Shown piece by piece: positions 51,703 to 61,975 of a stretch of DNA of 64,000 bases. Origin of the DNA: an uncultured Muribaculaceae bacterium (GTDB lineage: Bacteria > Bacteroidota > Bacteroidia > Bacteroidales > Muribaculaceae); NCBI GenBank assembly GCA_910584365.1, contig CAJUAF010000011.1:24493-88492 (forward strand), read 5' to 3'. A model generated the notes under the pieces. The model saw only the letters and a list, made by a program, of their open reading frames with translations. It did no database searches and had not been told where the DNA came from. The position numbers and the translations under genes were made by a program. Every line of letters starts with the position of its first letter. Within the stretch, counting starts at the first letter, position 1.

Positions 51703-52362
51703 ATGTCAGACAAAAATCCCTCACACAAATACGTAATCACCCTCGGACGCCAGTTCGGTTCCGGAGGGCGCGAACTCGCCCGGCTCCTGGCCAAAACCTT
51801 CAATATCGGATATTACGACAAAGAACTGCTTCTTGAGGCCGGACGCCATGCCGGCGTGGATCCCGGATTCTTTGAACGTTCCGACGAAAAGTTTCCCACT
51901 TTTCCAGGCGGAGGGATATCTTTCAACATGGGTGTCACGGCAATGCCCTGGTACACACCTTCCTCCATTTCCGACGAGTCAATCTACCGCGATATGTCGG
52001 ACGTCATAAGGATGCTGGCCGACCGCGGGCCATGTGTGATTGTAGGCCGCTCGGCCGACTATGTCCTGCGCGACCACGAGGTTCCATCCATCAATATTTT
52101 CGTCCATGCGTCGATGGATGACTGCGTAAAGCGTATTCTCCGCCGGGGCGATAAGCTCAAGGAGCAGGATGCCCGAAACCTGGCCGAGAAGACCAACAAG
52201 CTGAGAGCTAACTATTACAACTTCTATACCGACAAGCGGTGGGGGTGCGCATCCTCCTACGATCTCTGCCTCAATTCCTCCCTGCTGACGATGGAAGGAC
52301 TGGTGGAAGTAATCGCTACCTATATCCGCGAGCGGCTCGGTTTCGACCCGCGGTGCAGCTGA
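51703..52362 (+). CDS. Cytidylate kinase-like family protein
   Basis: ITLGRQFGSGG, VIVGRSADY, YYNFYT..WG...YDL. Confidence 0.85.
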   Translation: MSDKNPSHKYVITLGRQFGSGGRELARLLAKTFNIGYYDKELLLEAGRHAGVDPGFFERSDEKFPTFPGGGISFNMGVTAMPWYTPSSISDESIYRDMSDVIRMLADRGPCVIVGRSADYVLRDHEVPSINIFVHASMDDCVKRILRRGDKLKEQDARNLAEKTNKLRANYYNFYTDKRWGCASSYDLCLNSSLLTMEGLVEVIATYIRERLGFDPRCS

Positions 52363-52559
52363 TTTCCGCTCTCTGTTTTCCTTGCCGCGACGTTTTTTTC
52401 ATCCTCCTTACCCTTAAAATAAGTTTAAGGGGAGGGGATAATGAAAAAAATTAGTAACTTTGTGGCTTGATTGCAGTTGGGCCGGGAATTCTTCCTGACG
52501 GCTGAGATTCCGGATACCCGGAGCTGCGGAGTTTTTTGTCACATATCTTTTACAGATTC

Positions 52560-54212
52560 GTGGAAACTAAGTATTTATTCGTTACCGGCGGTGTCGTATC
52601 GTCACTTGGAAAGGGGATAATCTCCTCTTCGATAGCCTGTCTTCTTAAAGCGCGTGGTTACAGGGTTACGATTCAGAAGTTTGACCCCTATATCAACATC
52701 GATCCGGGAACACTCAACCCCTACGAACACGGCGAATGTTATGTAACCGTTGACGGACATGAAGCCGACCTGGACCTGGGACATTACGAGCGCTTCACCG
52801 ACATACAGACTACGAAGGCCAACAACATAACGACCGGACGCATATATCAGAACGTCATCAGCAAGGAGCGCCGCGGCGACTACCTGGGGAAAACCGTCCA
52901 GATCGTACCCCACATCACCGATGAAATCAAGCGCGCCGTAAAGCAGCTCGGCCTGACGGGGGAGTTCGATTTCATCATCACCGAAATCGGAGGTGTCGTC
53001 GGCGACATCGAGTCTCTCCCGTTCCTGGAAGCTGTCCGTCAGCTCCGCTGGGAACTCGGCCGCGACAGTCTCTGCATCCATCTGACCTACGTTCCGTTCA
53101 TCGCCGCCGCGAAAGAACTCAAGACCAAGCCCACGCAGCATTCCGTAAAGAAACTCCAGGAGCTTGGAATCCAGCCTGACGTGCTGGTGCTGCGCACCGA
53201 GCATCCCATCACCTCCGAAGCCCGGCGGAAAATCGCCCAGTTCTGCAATGTGGCTCCCGACGCTGTTGTCCAGTCGCTGGATCTCCCCTCGATCTACGAG
53301 GTTCCTGTCAAAATGCATGAGCAGCACCTGGACGACATTATCCTCCGCCTTACCGGCGTGGAAGCCCAGGGCGAACCCCATATGGCCCCCTGGCTCCACT
53401 TCCTTGAAAAGCTCGAGTCGGCCGAGACTCCGGTCAGAATAGGCCTTGTCGGGAAATACGTAGAGCTTCAGGACGCCTACAAGTCGATAAGCGAGTCCCT
53501 TTCCCACGCCGCCACTTACAATGACCGACGCCTGGAACTGCAGTATATCCACTCCGAAAAACTCAACGAACAGAATGTCGATTCCCTCCTTTCCCCGCTG
53601 GACGGAATCCTGATAGCTCCCGGATTCGGCCAGCGCGGCATCGAAGGGAAATTCGTGGCGCTGAAATGGGCCCGCGAGCATGATGTCCCCACGCTGGGAA
53701 TCTGCCTGGGAATGCAGTGTATGGTAATCGAGTTCGCCCGCGACGTGCTTGGTCTTCCCGAGGCCAACTCCACGGAGATGAACCCCAATACCCCCGACAA
53801 TGTAATCGACCTCATGGAGGAACAGAAGAGCATCTCCAACATGGGAGGTACGATGCGCCTGGGTGCATACGACTGCCGCCTGCGCCCCGGCTCGCTGGCC
53901 GCCGAGGCTTACGGCACAACCGACGTCAGGGAGCGCCACCGCCACCGCTTCGAGTTCAACGATGAGTACCGCGCCCGTTTCGAGGAGGCCGGCATGAAGT
54001 GCGTAGGCGAGAATCCCCGCACACGCCTGGTGGAAGTCGTGGAAATCCCCGGCAAGAGATGGTTCCTGGGGACACAGTACCATCCCGAATACTCCTCGAC
54101 CGTCCTCCATCCCCATCCTCTTTTCATGAGCTTTATCCGCGCCGCCATCGCTTATGAAGCCGGGAAATCCCAGGGCGCGCCTTCTCACTCCCCTGAATCA
54201 GAAAAACTTTAA
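52560..54212 (+). CDS. pyrG: CTP synthase
   Basis: FVTGGVVSSLGKG, KTKPTQ, GICLGMQ, QYHPE; GTG start at 52560; -7 box at 52455-52462. Confidence 0.97.
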   Translation: METKYLFVTGGVVSSLGKGIISSSIACLLKARGYRVTIQKFDPYINIDPGTLNPYEHGECYVTVDGHEADLDLGHYERFTDIQTTKANNITTGRIYQNVISKERRGDYLGKTVQIVPHITDEIKRAVKQLGLTGEFDFIITEIGGVVGDIESLPFLEAVRQLRWELGRDSLCIHLTYVPFIAAAKELKTKPTQHSVKKLQELGIQPDVLVLRTEHPITSEARRKIAQFCNVAPDAVVQSLDLPSIYEVPVKMHEQHLDDIILRLTGVEAQGEPHMAPWLHFLEKLESAETPVRIGLVGKYVELQDAYKSISESLSHAATYNDRRLELQYIHSEKLNEQNVDSLLSPLDGILIAPGFGQRGIEGKFVALKWAREHDVPTLGICLGMQCMVIEFARDVLGLPEANSTEMNPNTPDNVIDLMEEQKSISNMGGTMRLGAYDCRLRPGSLAAEAYGTTDVRERHRHRFEFNDEYRARFEEAGMKCVGENPRTRLVEVVEIPGKRWFLGTQYHPEYSSTVLHPHPLFMSFIRAAIAYEAGKSQGAPSHSPESEKL

Positions 54213-54220
54213 GAACTTTT

Positions 54221-56332
54221 ATGGATAAGAATACACTGACCGGTCTGGTGCTGATGGGCCTGCTCATCTTCGGTTTCATGTGGATGAACAACGGCAAACA
54301 GCGTCAGCTCGAACAGCAGAAGATGGAACAGGCTGAGGCGCAGAACGCCGCCGACAACGCCGCCGCAAAAAAACTGACCGTTGATTCAATCACTGCGGCC
54401 GAGGCCGCCGCGTTCCCCGCTGTGATACGCGAGATCGGGACCACCCGCGGAGATTCCGCTTCGGCCGTGTCGGTCTACCGTACCGCCAATGTAAATCTCT
54501 CCTATAACGGCACCGCCGTCTCCGGTACTGTCAAAGCCGCCGACACGGTGCTGAGCTATGACGCCGTCGTCAGCAACCGCTTCGGCGCCGATGTCCCCCT
54601 GGCTGTCCGCAACGAGGCCATCGCCAACCTGCGCGGCGCTCTGGACGAGGCCCAGAAATACGGCGCTTTCGCCCGTTACCGCAACGGCCAGGAGCAGACC
54701 GCGTCCCTCAGGAACTCGAAGCTCTCCCTTGAAATCACCAACCACGGCGGATATATCTCCCGCGCGACTCTGCTCGACTACAAGACATACCTGCCCGAGA
54801 ACGACCGTTCCAACAAGATTGACACGGCCGACGTGGAGGTCTGCCGCAAGGGCTTCAACCAGTATTCCTTCGAGCTTCTTTCGGCCTCCCGCCGCTTCGA
54901 TACCGCCGAATTCTATTTCACACCGCGGCAGGTCAATGACTCCGTTCTGGAGATGACCCTGGACCTCGGTGGGGATGCCTCCTGGGGTATCCGCTATACG
55001 CTTCCCGAAGACAGCTATGTAGTCACTATGGAGGTGATTCAGAAGGGAATGGAGAAGATTATTCCTCCCTCCGTGGCTACCACTACCCTGAACTGGACAC
55101 AGAAGATGGGGCGCAACGAGCGCGGACGCACCTTCGAGGAGCGCAATTCCGGCCTCTATTATAAATATGTAGGGGATTCCCCCGACGACCTTTCGGCCCA
55201 GGGGGAGAAGCAGGAGGAACTTTCCCAGCGCCTGAAGTGGATCGGCTTCAAGAACCAGTTCTTCTCGATGGTGATGATTCCCCGTACCTGCTTCACGGCC
55301 GCCGATGTTGCCTCGAAAGACCTCAAGGAGGACCCGAAATTTGTAAAGGATCTCGCCGCCGCCGCCCTCATGGATTACAATTCCGGGGATGAGAATCCGG
55401 TGACCATCGACATTTTCCTCGGTCCCAACCTTTATCCGCTTCTCTCCGGTCTGGACCACGAAATCGAGGGCGCCGAGGATGAATCGCTCGACCTTACGAA
55501 CCTAATCCCCCTGGGATGGCCTATATTCCGCTGGATCAATACCCTGATTATCATCCCGGTGTTCACTTTCCTCAGCTCGTTCATCAGTTCCTACGGTCTG
55601 ATTATCTTCCTGCTTACGATATTTATCAAGCTGATTCTCTTCCCCTTCACCTACAAGAGCTACAAGTCTCAGGCCAAGATGCGCCTGCTCGCTCCTGAAA
55701 TCAAGGAAATCAACGACAAATATCCGGGCCAGGAGAACGCCATGACCCGCAACCAGAAGACGATGGCCCTCTACTCCAAGGCGGGTGCGAGTCCGATGTC
55801 GGGCTGTCTGCCCATGCTGTTGCAGATGCCGGTGCTTATCGCCATGTTCTGGTTCTTCCCCTCGGCAATCGAACTGCGCGGCGAGCATTTCCTCTGGGCC
55901 AAAGACCTTTCGGCTCCCGACTATATCCTGACTCTTCCCTTCTCCATCCCCTGGTACGGCAACCATGTCAGCCTGTTCTGTCTGCTGATGACGGTCACCA
56001 ATATCGTCTATACGCGCATCAATATGCAGAATCAGCCATCCTCCTCGGCCATGCCTGGAATGAAGTGGATGATGTACCTGATGCCGGTGATGTTCCTGTT
56101 CATCTTCAACGACTACGCCTCGGGTCTGAGCTACTACTATTTCCTGTCGCTCCTGCTCACCATCATCCAGACCTATCTTTTCCGCCTCTTTACCGACGAG
56201 GAGAAAATGAGGGCCCAGATGAAGGCCAACGCCGCCAAGCCCCGCAAGAAATCGGGCTGGATGGCCCGCCTGGAGGAAGCCCAGCGCAAGCAGCAGGCTA
56301 TCCTGCGCGAACAGCAGAAGCGCAAGAAATAA
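54221..56332 (+). CDS. yidC: Membrane protein insertase
   Basis: MDKNTLTG, GCLPMLLQMP, FLWAKDLS. Confidence 0.95.
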   Translation: MDKNTLTGLVLMGLLIFGFMWMNNGKQRQLEQQKMEQAEAQNAADNAAAKKLTVDSITAAEAAAFPAVIREIGTTRGDSASAVSVYRTANVNLSYNGTAVSGTVKAADTVLSYDAVVSNRFGADVPLAVRNEAIANLRGALDEAQKYGAFARYRNGQEQTASLRNSKLSLEITNHGGYISRATLLDYKTYLPENDRSNKIDTADVEVCRKGFNQYSFELLSASRRFDTAEFYFTPRQVNDSVLEMTLDLGGDASWGIRYTLPEDSYVVTMEVIQKGMEKIIPPSVATTTLNWTQKMGRNERGRTFEERNSGLYYKYVGDSPDDLSAQGEKQEELSQRLKWIGFKNQFFSMVMIPRTCFTAADVASKDLKEDPKFVKDLAAAALMDYNSGDENPVTIDIFLGPNLYPLLSGLDHEIEGAEDESLDLTNLIPLGWPIFRWINTLIIIPVFTFLSSFISSYGLIIFLLTIFIKLILFPFTYKSYKSQAKMRLLAPEIKEINDKYPGQENAMTRNQKTMALYSKAGASPMSGCLPMLLQMPVLIAMFWFFPSAIELRGEHFLWAKDLSAPDYILTLPFSIPWYGNHVSLFCLLMTVTNIVYTRINMQNQPSSSAMPGMKWMMYLMPVMFLFIFNDYASGLSYYYFLSLLLTIIQTYLFRLFTDEEKMRAQMKANAAKPRKKSGWMARLEEAQRKQQAILREQQKRKK

Positions 56333-56372
56333 TCCTCACCGCGCCAGAATTTCCTGACAAGAGCTATATCAG

Positions 56373-57131
56373 ATGCCAAGCCTGCTGACTATCGACCAGG
56401 GGAACAGCGCGGCGAAAATCGCCGTCTGGAAAGGCCCGGAGCTTATCGATGAGGAGACTCTCCCCCGCCTGGAACGGGAGGCCCTTGAAAGGGTCGTGGA
56501 CAGTTTCGCGCCTTCGAAAGCGCTCCTTTGCTCGGTGACGGGCAATGGCGCCCGGATTACCCGCTGGCTCCGGAGCAAGGGGGTGGAAGCCCGGGAACTA
56601 TCTTCGGAACTTCCCCTGCCGCTGACCATCGGCTATTCGGCGGAAACGCTCGGAGCCGACCGTATCGCCGCAGCCGTGGGGGCCTGGAGTCTCTTTCCGG
56701 GGGAAAACTCCCTGGTGGTCGACATGGGAACGGCTGTCACCTACGACGTCGTCACCGCCGACGGCCGCTTTGCCGGAGGGAACATCGCCCCCGGCGTAGG
56801 GATGAGGCTCCGCGCACTGCGTAGCTTCACAGCCCGCCTCCCGGAGGTGAACGGCTACGGCGACACCCCTCTGTTCGGCCATGACACCACCACGGCCATG
56901 CGCGCCGGCGCTCTCCGCGGAGTGGTGGCCGAACTGAACTACTACCGCGGTCTCCTCCCTCCGGGGACCAGGACCGTCCTCACCGGAGGATGGTCGCGCC
57001 GCATAAGCGAGTTCCTCGACTTCCCGGTGACGGTGGATTCCTGCCTGGTGACAAAAGGACTGCTGAGCATCCTGCTCTATAACGAAAACTTACCGATATA
57101 TTCCGAAAACAAGACCTGCATCGACAAATGA
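56373..57131 (+). CDS. coaX: Type III pantothenate kinase
   Basis: IDQGNS, LGADR, VDMGTA, GGNIAPG. Confidence 0.92.
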   Translation: MPSLLTIDQGNSAAKIAVWKGPELIDEETLPRLEREALERVVDSFAPSKALLCSVTGNGARITRWLRSKGVEARELSSELPLPLTIGYSAETLGADRIAAAVGAWSLFPGENSLVVDMGTAVTYDVVTADGRFAGGNIAPGVGMRLRALRSFTARLPEVNGYGDTPLFGHDTTTAMRAGALRGVVAELNYYRGLLPPGTRTVLTGGWSRRISEFLDFPVTVDSCLVTKGLLSILLYNENLPIYSENKTCIDK

Positions 57132-58393
57132 AGCATCTCCACATATCTCTGTTAGCGTTGCTGTGCTGCCTCCTGGGCGGCGTGGCCGACGCCGGTGCGC
57201 AAAGCACCGAAATCTCTCCCTATTCGCGTTTCGGTTATGGAGCGCTTTCCGACAATGCCAATGCGTCCCAGCGGGCAATGGGTGGGGTAGGACTGGCAAT
57301 GCGTTCCGGACGCATGATCAACTTCATGAATCCCGCGTCCTACGCCGCCATCGACTCCGTGACCTTCCTGTTCGATATCTCCGCCTCGGCCAAGACCCTG
57401 TCGACAACCGAGATGCGCGGCAATGAGAAGCTTTCCGGAAAGGAATTCACCGGGGGCCTGGACTACGTTGCCCTGCAGTTTCCCGTCACCCGCTACGGCG
57501 GTATGGCCGTAGGCCTGATACCTTATTCCCAGGTGGGATACAGCTTCGGAAGCGAAATAATGAACGGCACCAACCAGCATCAGGGTTCGGGCGCCATCAA
57601 TGAGCTTTTTGTCGGTCTGTCGGCCCGGCCTTTCAAGGGGCTTACCCTCGGAGCCAACATCAGCTATATGTTCGGCACCCTGCTGAACGACACTTACGTC
57701 TATGCCGAATCTTCCACCTCGCTGTTCGAGCGTGTCACGGAGGTCCGCGACTATAATCTCCGCTTCGGAATCCAGTACGGTTTCAATGTCAATCCCGACA
57801 ACTATCTGACCGTCGGCGCCATATATTCCCCGAAGAAATCTTTCCGCGGCCACGCCTACGGAGTGAAATACGATGTCGGCCAGGACACAAAGAACGACAC
57901 CATCGGCTACGCTTCCATGAAAGGCAGATACGATATGGCCGAGACATGGGGCGTCGGTCTTTCCTGGGAGTGGAGGAAAAGCCTCACCGTCGAGGCCGAC
58001 TTCACCTACCAGCCCTGGAAAAATGTGAAGTACCGCCTTATCGAAGGGTTCGACCAGACCACGGGTAACCGCTTCGACAACCGCTGGAAAGCAGCCCTGG
58101 GCGCACAGTATGTTCCGGCCATGCGAGGCAGCTACGTCAAGCGTATCCACTACCGCCTGGGAGCCTATTACTCCAACGACTACATAATGGTCGGCGACAA
58201 CTCGGTAAAGGAGTATGGCGTCTCGCTCGGTTTCGGGCTGCCGGCTCCATCTACCAAGACGATGATCAACTTCTCGGTCGATTACCGCCACCGCCAGGCC
58301 TCCCCGCAGGCCCTTGTAAAGGAGAATTATTTCCAGTTCACCTTAGGCGTCAACATCAACGAGCTTTGGTTCTGGCAGAACAAGCTACATTAA
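57128..58393 (+). CDS. Outer membrane beta-barrel protein (FadL/OmpP1-like)
   Basis: Signal peptide, SPYSRFGYG...AMGG...NPAS, amphipathic strands. Confidence 0.75.
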   Translation: MKHLHISLLALLCCLLGGVADAGAQSTEISPYSRFGYGALSDNANASQRAMGGVGLAMRSGRMINFMNPASYAAIDSVTFLFDISASAKTLSTTEMRGNEKLSGKEFTGGLDYVALQFPVTRYGGMAVGLIPYSQVGYSFGSEIMNGTNQHQGSGAINELFVGLSARPFKGLTLGANISYMFGTLLNDTYVYAESSTSLFERVTEVRDYNLRFGIQYGFNVNPDNYLTVGAIYSPKKSFRGHAYGVKYDVGQDTKNDTIGYASMKGRYDMAETWGVGLSWEWRKSLTVEADFTYQPWKNVKYRLIEGFDQTTGNRFDNRWKAALGAQYVPAMRGSYVKRIHYRLGAYYSNDYIMVGDNSVKEYGVSLGFGLPAPSTKTMINFSVDYRHRQASPQALVKENYFQFTLGVNINELWFWQNKLH

Positions 58394-58532
58394 TACCCTC
58401 TCCGGAAAACCCTTTCTGCCGGAAATCCGGTCTTCCCGGGGGCTGTCTTTCCGGAAATCTGCTTTTTAACTCCCCGGGCGCTGCCTGTCCTGTGGTCGGC
58501 CCATAGGCGGACTTCCCCTCAAGAAATAAGAA

Positions 58533-59117
58533 ATGGAAACTCCGATGCGCATATTCCCTTTGCTGCTGCTGGCGCTCGCCGCCGGCGGAGGGAGCGCGCT
58601 GACTTCCTGCTCCGAGGACAAGCGCGAGACAATCGCCATATCCGCCGACCCCGAGACCTTTCCGACGATGAAGACCCTCGATGTCTCGACCACCATCTCG
58701 GATTCGGGCTACACGCGCTACAACATCACAGCTCCGATATGGCTGATGTTCGAGGAGGCAGCCGAACCCCACTGGAACTTCCCGGGGGGGATATACGTTG
58801 TTAAGTATGACAACGACATGAAAGAGAACGGAACGTTCACCGCCGACACGGCCACCTACCTGAGTCTCCAGCGTATATGGCGTTTCGACCGGAACGTCAG
58901 GATGAAGAATGTCAACGGTGACCGGTTCCTGACCCAGCAGCTTTTCTGGGACCAGAACCGGAAGAAACTCTACTGTGACTCGTTCATCCATATCGAGCGT
59001 TCCGACCGGATAATCGAAGGTTATGGCTTTGAATCCAATGAAGCCATGACGGAATACACCATACGCCGGCCGTCGGGAATCTTCCCGACCTCCGATTTCG
59101 TCTCACGGACACAATAA
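58533..59117 (+). CDS. lptC: LPS export periplasmic protein LptC-like (lipoprotein)
   Basis: Lipobox LTSC; ISDSG, FPGG, TQQLFWDQ, GYGFES; Bacteroides-type synteny. Confidence 0.8.
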   Translation: METPMRIFPLLLLALAAGGGSALTSCSEDKRETIAISADPETFPTMKTLDVSTTISDSGYTRYNITAPIWLMFEEAAEPHWNFPGGIYVVKYDNDMKENGTFTADTATYLSLQRIWRFDRNVRMKNVNGDRFLTQQLFWDQNRKKLYCDSFIHIERSDRIIEGYGFESNEAMTEYTIRRPSGIFPTSDFVSRTQ

Positions 59118-59145
59118 AAAACCATAAAGGTTCTGAAAAAATATA

Positions 59146-60444
59146 ATGGACGTAACCTGGCTGATATTAACTCTGATAGCCCTGGCTTTCTCGGCGCTTT
59201 TTTCCGGCATCGAGATTGCCTTTGTGACCTCCGACCGCGTCCGCGTGGAGCTTGATATCCAGAAAGGGGGGCTTATAGGCCGTTGCCTGAACCTGTTCTA
59301 TTCCAATCCTGATTTCTTTATCTCCACGATTCTTGTAGGAAACAACATAGTCCTGGTGATCTACGGTATAGGAGCGGCCAAGATGATCGAGCCGTCGCTG
59401 GAACATTTTTTCTTCGGGATGGCCGGCCAGCAGGCGTGGGTGCTGATAACCCAGACGTTGCTTTCCACCCTTGTGATTCTGCTGACGGGGGAATTCCTGC
59501 CCAAGTCGATATTCCGGATCAATCCTAACCGCTCACTGCGGCTGGTGGCGCCTTTTACGGCCCTTCTCTACTGCCTGCTATATCCCATATCGCTCTTCTC
59601 GACCTGGATTTCCAGGCTGCTGATGAAGCTCTGCGGAATGAAGGAGGAGAGTACGAAGCTCGGCATCATCTCCCTGGGAGATCTTAACGAATATATCGAA
59701 CAGACCATCGACGAGCAGGCCGACGAACACGCCGAGGTTGAGAACGAAGTGAAGATTTTCCATAACGCCCTGGATTTCTCGACAATCCATCTGCGCGACT
59801 GCATGGTGCCGCGCAACGAGATCGTGGCCGTCGACATCGACACGACCACCCGCGAGGAGCTGTCGGCGCTGTTCACCTCATCGGGACGCTCCAAAATCCT
59901 TGTCTATCAGGAGGATATCGACAACGTCCTGGGATATATCCATGTCAGTGAACTCTTTACGCCCGACCGCGACTGGAAGAAGCAGCTCAAGGATGTCATA
60001 TTCGCGCCCGAGACGTTGCTGGCCAACAAGATGATGCGCCGCCTTATGGCTGAAAAACGGTCGATAGCCGTAATCGTCGATGAATTCGGCGGAACCGCCG
60101 GAATGGTAACCCTCGAGGACCTCATGGAAGAGATCTGCGGCGACATCCAGGACGAACACGACTCCACCGACATCATCGAGCGTCAGATCAGTCCCGATAT
60201 CTGGGAGTTTTCGGGACGCGCCGAGATAGCCCATATCAACGAGACTTTCCATCTCGACATCCCCGAATCCGACGAGTATCAGACCCTGGCGGGATATATC
60301 CTCAACGCGACCGGCCAGATTCCTTCCGTCGGAGAAATCATCGAGCTGTACCCCCTGAGGATGGAGGTGCTTCAGAAATCGGCGTCGCGCCTGGAGCTGA
60401 TCCGTCTGAGCCGGATTCCGGAGCCTTCCTCCGCCACTTCCTGA
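59146..60444 (+). CDS. Hemolysin-family CNNM/CBS/CorC domain protein
   Basis: FSGIEIA, GEFLPK, MVPR, VDEFGGTAGMVTLEDLMEEI. Confidence 0.9.
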   Translation: MDVTWLILTLIALAFSALFSGIEIAFVTSDRVRVELDIQKGGLIGRCLNLFYSNPDFFISTILVGNNIVLVIYGIGAAKMIEPSLEHFFFGMAGQQAWVLITQTLLSTLVILLTGEFLPKSIFRINPNRSLRLVAPFTALLYCLLYPISLFSTWISRLLMKLCGMKEESTKLGIISLGDLNEYIEQTIDEQADEHAEVENEVKIFHNALDFSTIHLRDCMVPRNEIVAVDIDTTTREELSALFTSSGRSKILVYQEDIDNVLGYIHVSELFTPDRDWKKQLKDVIFAPETLLANKMMRRLMAEKRSIAVIVDEFGGTAGMVTLEDLMEEICGDIQDEHDSTDIIERQISPDIWEFSGRAEIAHINETFHLDIPESDEYQTLAGYILNATGQIPSVGEIIELYPLRMEVLQKSASRLELIRLSRIPEPSSATS

Positions 60445-60502
60445 CGACCGGGGGCGCCGCGCGGAACCTTACCTTTTGTAAAAACCCATTAGACATATCA
60501 TT

Positions 60503-61846
60503 ATGGAAACAATCAAAGTAAACGTCAAAGACGTTCTGCAGACCGTAACCGGCGAGCAGATTCAGGCCCTCAATCCCGAGGCTGCCTCCGCACTTGAAAA
60601 ACTCCACAAAGGCACCGGTCTGGGCAATGATTTCCTGGGCTGGGTCAATCTCCCCTCCGAAACTCCCGACAGCCTTCTGGCTGATATCGAGGCTGTGGCC
60701 AAAGACCTCCGCGCAAGTTGTGAATACGTGGTGGCAATCGGTATCGGCGGCAGCTACCTGGGCGCCAAGGCCGTTATCGAGGCTCTCAGCGACAGCTTCG
60801 CTCCCCTGCGGGCGCAGGGCGACGCCCGTCGCACCAATGTCCTTTTCGCCGGCCAGAATATCGGCGAGGACTACCTCAATGAACTTCAGGACTTCCTCAA
60901 GGACAAGAATTTCGGTATCATCGTGATTTCCAAATCCGGAACCACCACCGAACCCGCCATCGCCTTCCGTCTTCTCAAGGAGCAGCTTGAGAAGCAGGCC
61001 GGAAAGGCTGAGGCTTCCAAGCGCATCGTTGCCATTACCGACGCCAAGAAAGGTGCCCTGCGCCAGCTTGCCACCGAGGAAGGCTACAAAACTTTCGTCA
61101 TCGCCGACAACGTGGGCGGACGTTTCTCCGTCCTGACTCCCGTAGGTCTGCTCCCCATCGCCGTAGCCGGATTCGATATCCGCAAGCTCATCGAGGGCGC
61201 ACGCCGCATGGAGGCCGCCACAAATGCTGCCGATGACACGAACCCCTGCGTGGTTTACGCCACTACCCGCAACGCTCTCTACCGCGCCGGCCGTAAAATC
61301 GAAATCCTGGTGAATTACAACCCCAAGCTCCACTTCTTCGGAGAATGGTGGAAACAGCTCTACGGCGAAAGCGAGGGTAAGGACGGCAAGGGTATTTTCC
61401 CCGCCGCCGTTGACTTCTCGACCGATCTCCACTCCATGGGACAGTGGATTCAGGACGGCGAGCGCACTATCTTCGAGACAGTCATCTCCGTAGAGAAGAC
61501 CGACAAGGAGACCATCATCCCCTCCGACGAGGCCAACCTCGACGGTCTGAACTATCTTGCCGGCAAGCACGTCGACGAGGTAAACAAGATGGCCGAACTG
61601 GGTACCCGTCTGGCCCATGTGGACGGCAGCGTGCCCAATATGCAGGTCACCGTTCCCGCGCTGAAAGAGGAATACCTCGGCGAGCTGATCTACTTCTTCG
61701 AGAAATCCTGCGGTATCTCCGGTTATCTGCTGGATGTAAATCCGTTCAACCAGCCAGGAGTGGAAGCCTACAAGCGCAATATGTTCGCCCTGCTGGCCAA
61801 GCCCGGCTATGAGGCCGAGACCGAAGCCATCCGCAAGCGTCTCTGA
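60503..61846 (+). CDS. pgi: Glucose-6-phosphate isomerase
   Basis: [39 protein letters not shown]. Confidence 0.97.
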   Translation: METIKVNVKDVLQTVTGEQIQALNPEAASALEKLHKGTGLGNDFLGWVNLPSETPDSLLADIEAVAKDLRASCEYVVAIGIGGSYLGAKAVIEALSDSFAPLRAQGDARRTNVLFAGQNIGEDYLNELQDFLKDKNFGIIVISKSGTTTEPAIAFRLLKEQLEKQAGKAEASKRIVAITDAKKGALRQLATEEGYKTFVIADNVGGRFSVLTPVGLLPIAVAGFDIRKLIEGARRMEAATNAADDTNPCVVYATTRNALYRAGRKIEILVNYNPKLHFFGEWWKQLYGESEGKDGKGIFPAAVDFSTDLHSMGQWIQDGERTIFETVISVEKTDKETIIPSDEANLDGLNYLAGKHVDEVNKMAELGTRLAHVDGSVPNMQVTVPALKEEYLGELIYFFEKSCGISGYLLDVNPFNQPGVEAYKRNMFALLAKPGYEAETEAIRKRL

Positions 61847-61904
61847 ATGATATCCTCCGGCAATAGCCCCGGTTGAGGGGTGGACGTGCGGAGATCTTAT
61901 AAAA

Positions 61905-61946
61905 CCGACCCCGGTAACTCTGACGAATCAGATTGCCGGGGTCGGT
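61905..61946. terminator. Hairpin between convergent pgi and EEP genes
   Basis: CCGACCCCGGTAA...TTGCCGGGGTCGG. Confidence 0.7.
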
Positions 61947-61975
61947 CGTTTATGTGAATCCTTCAGGGCGCGGCT

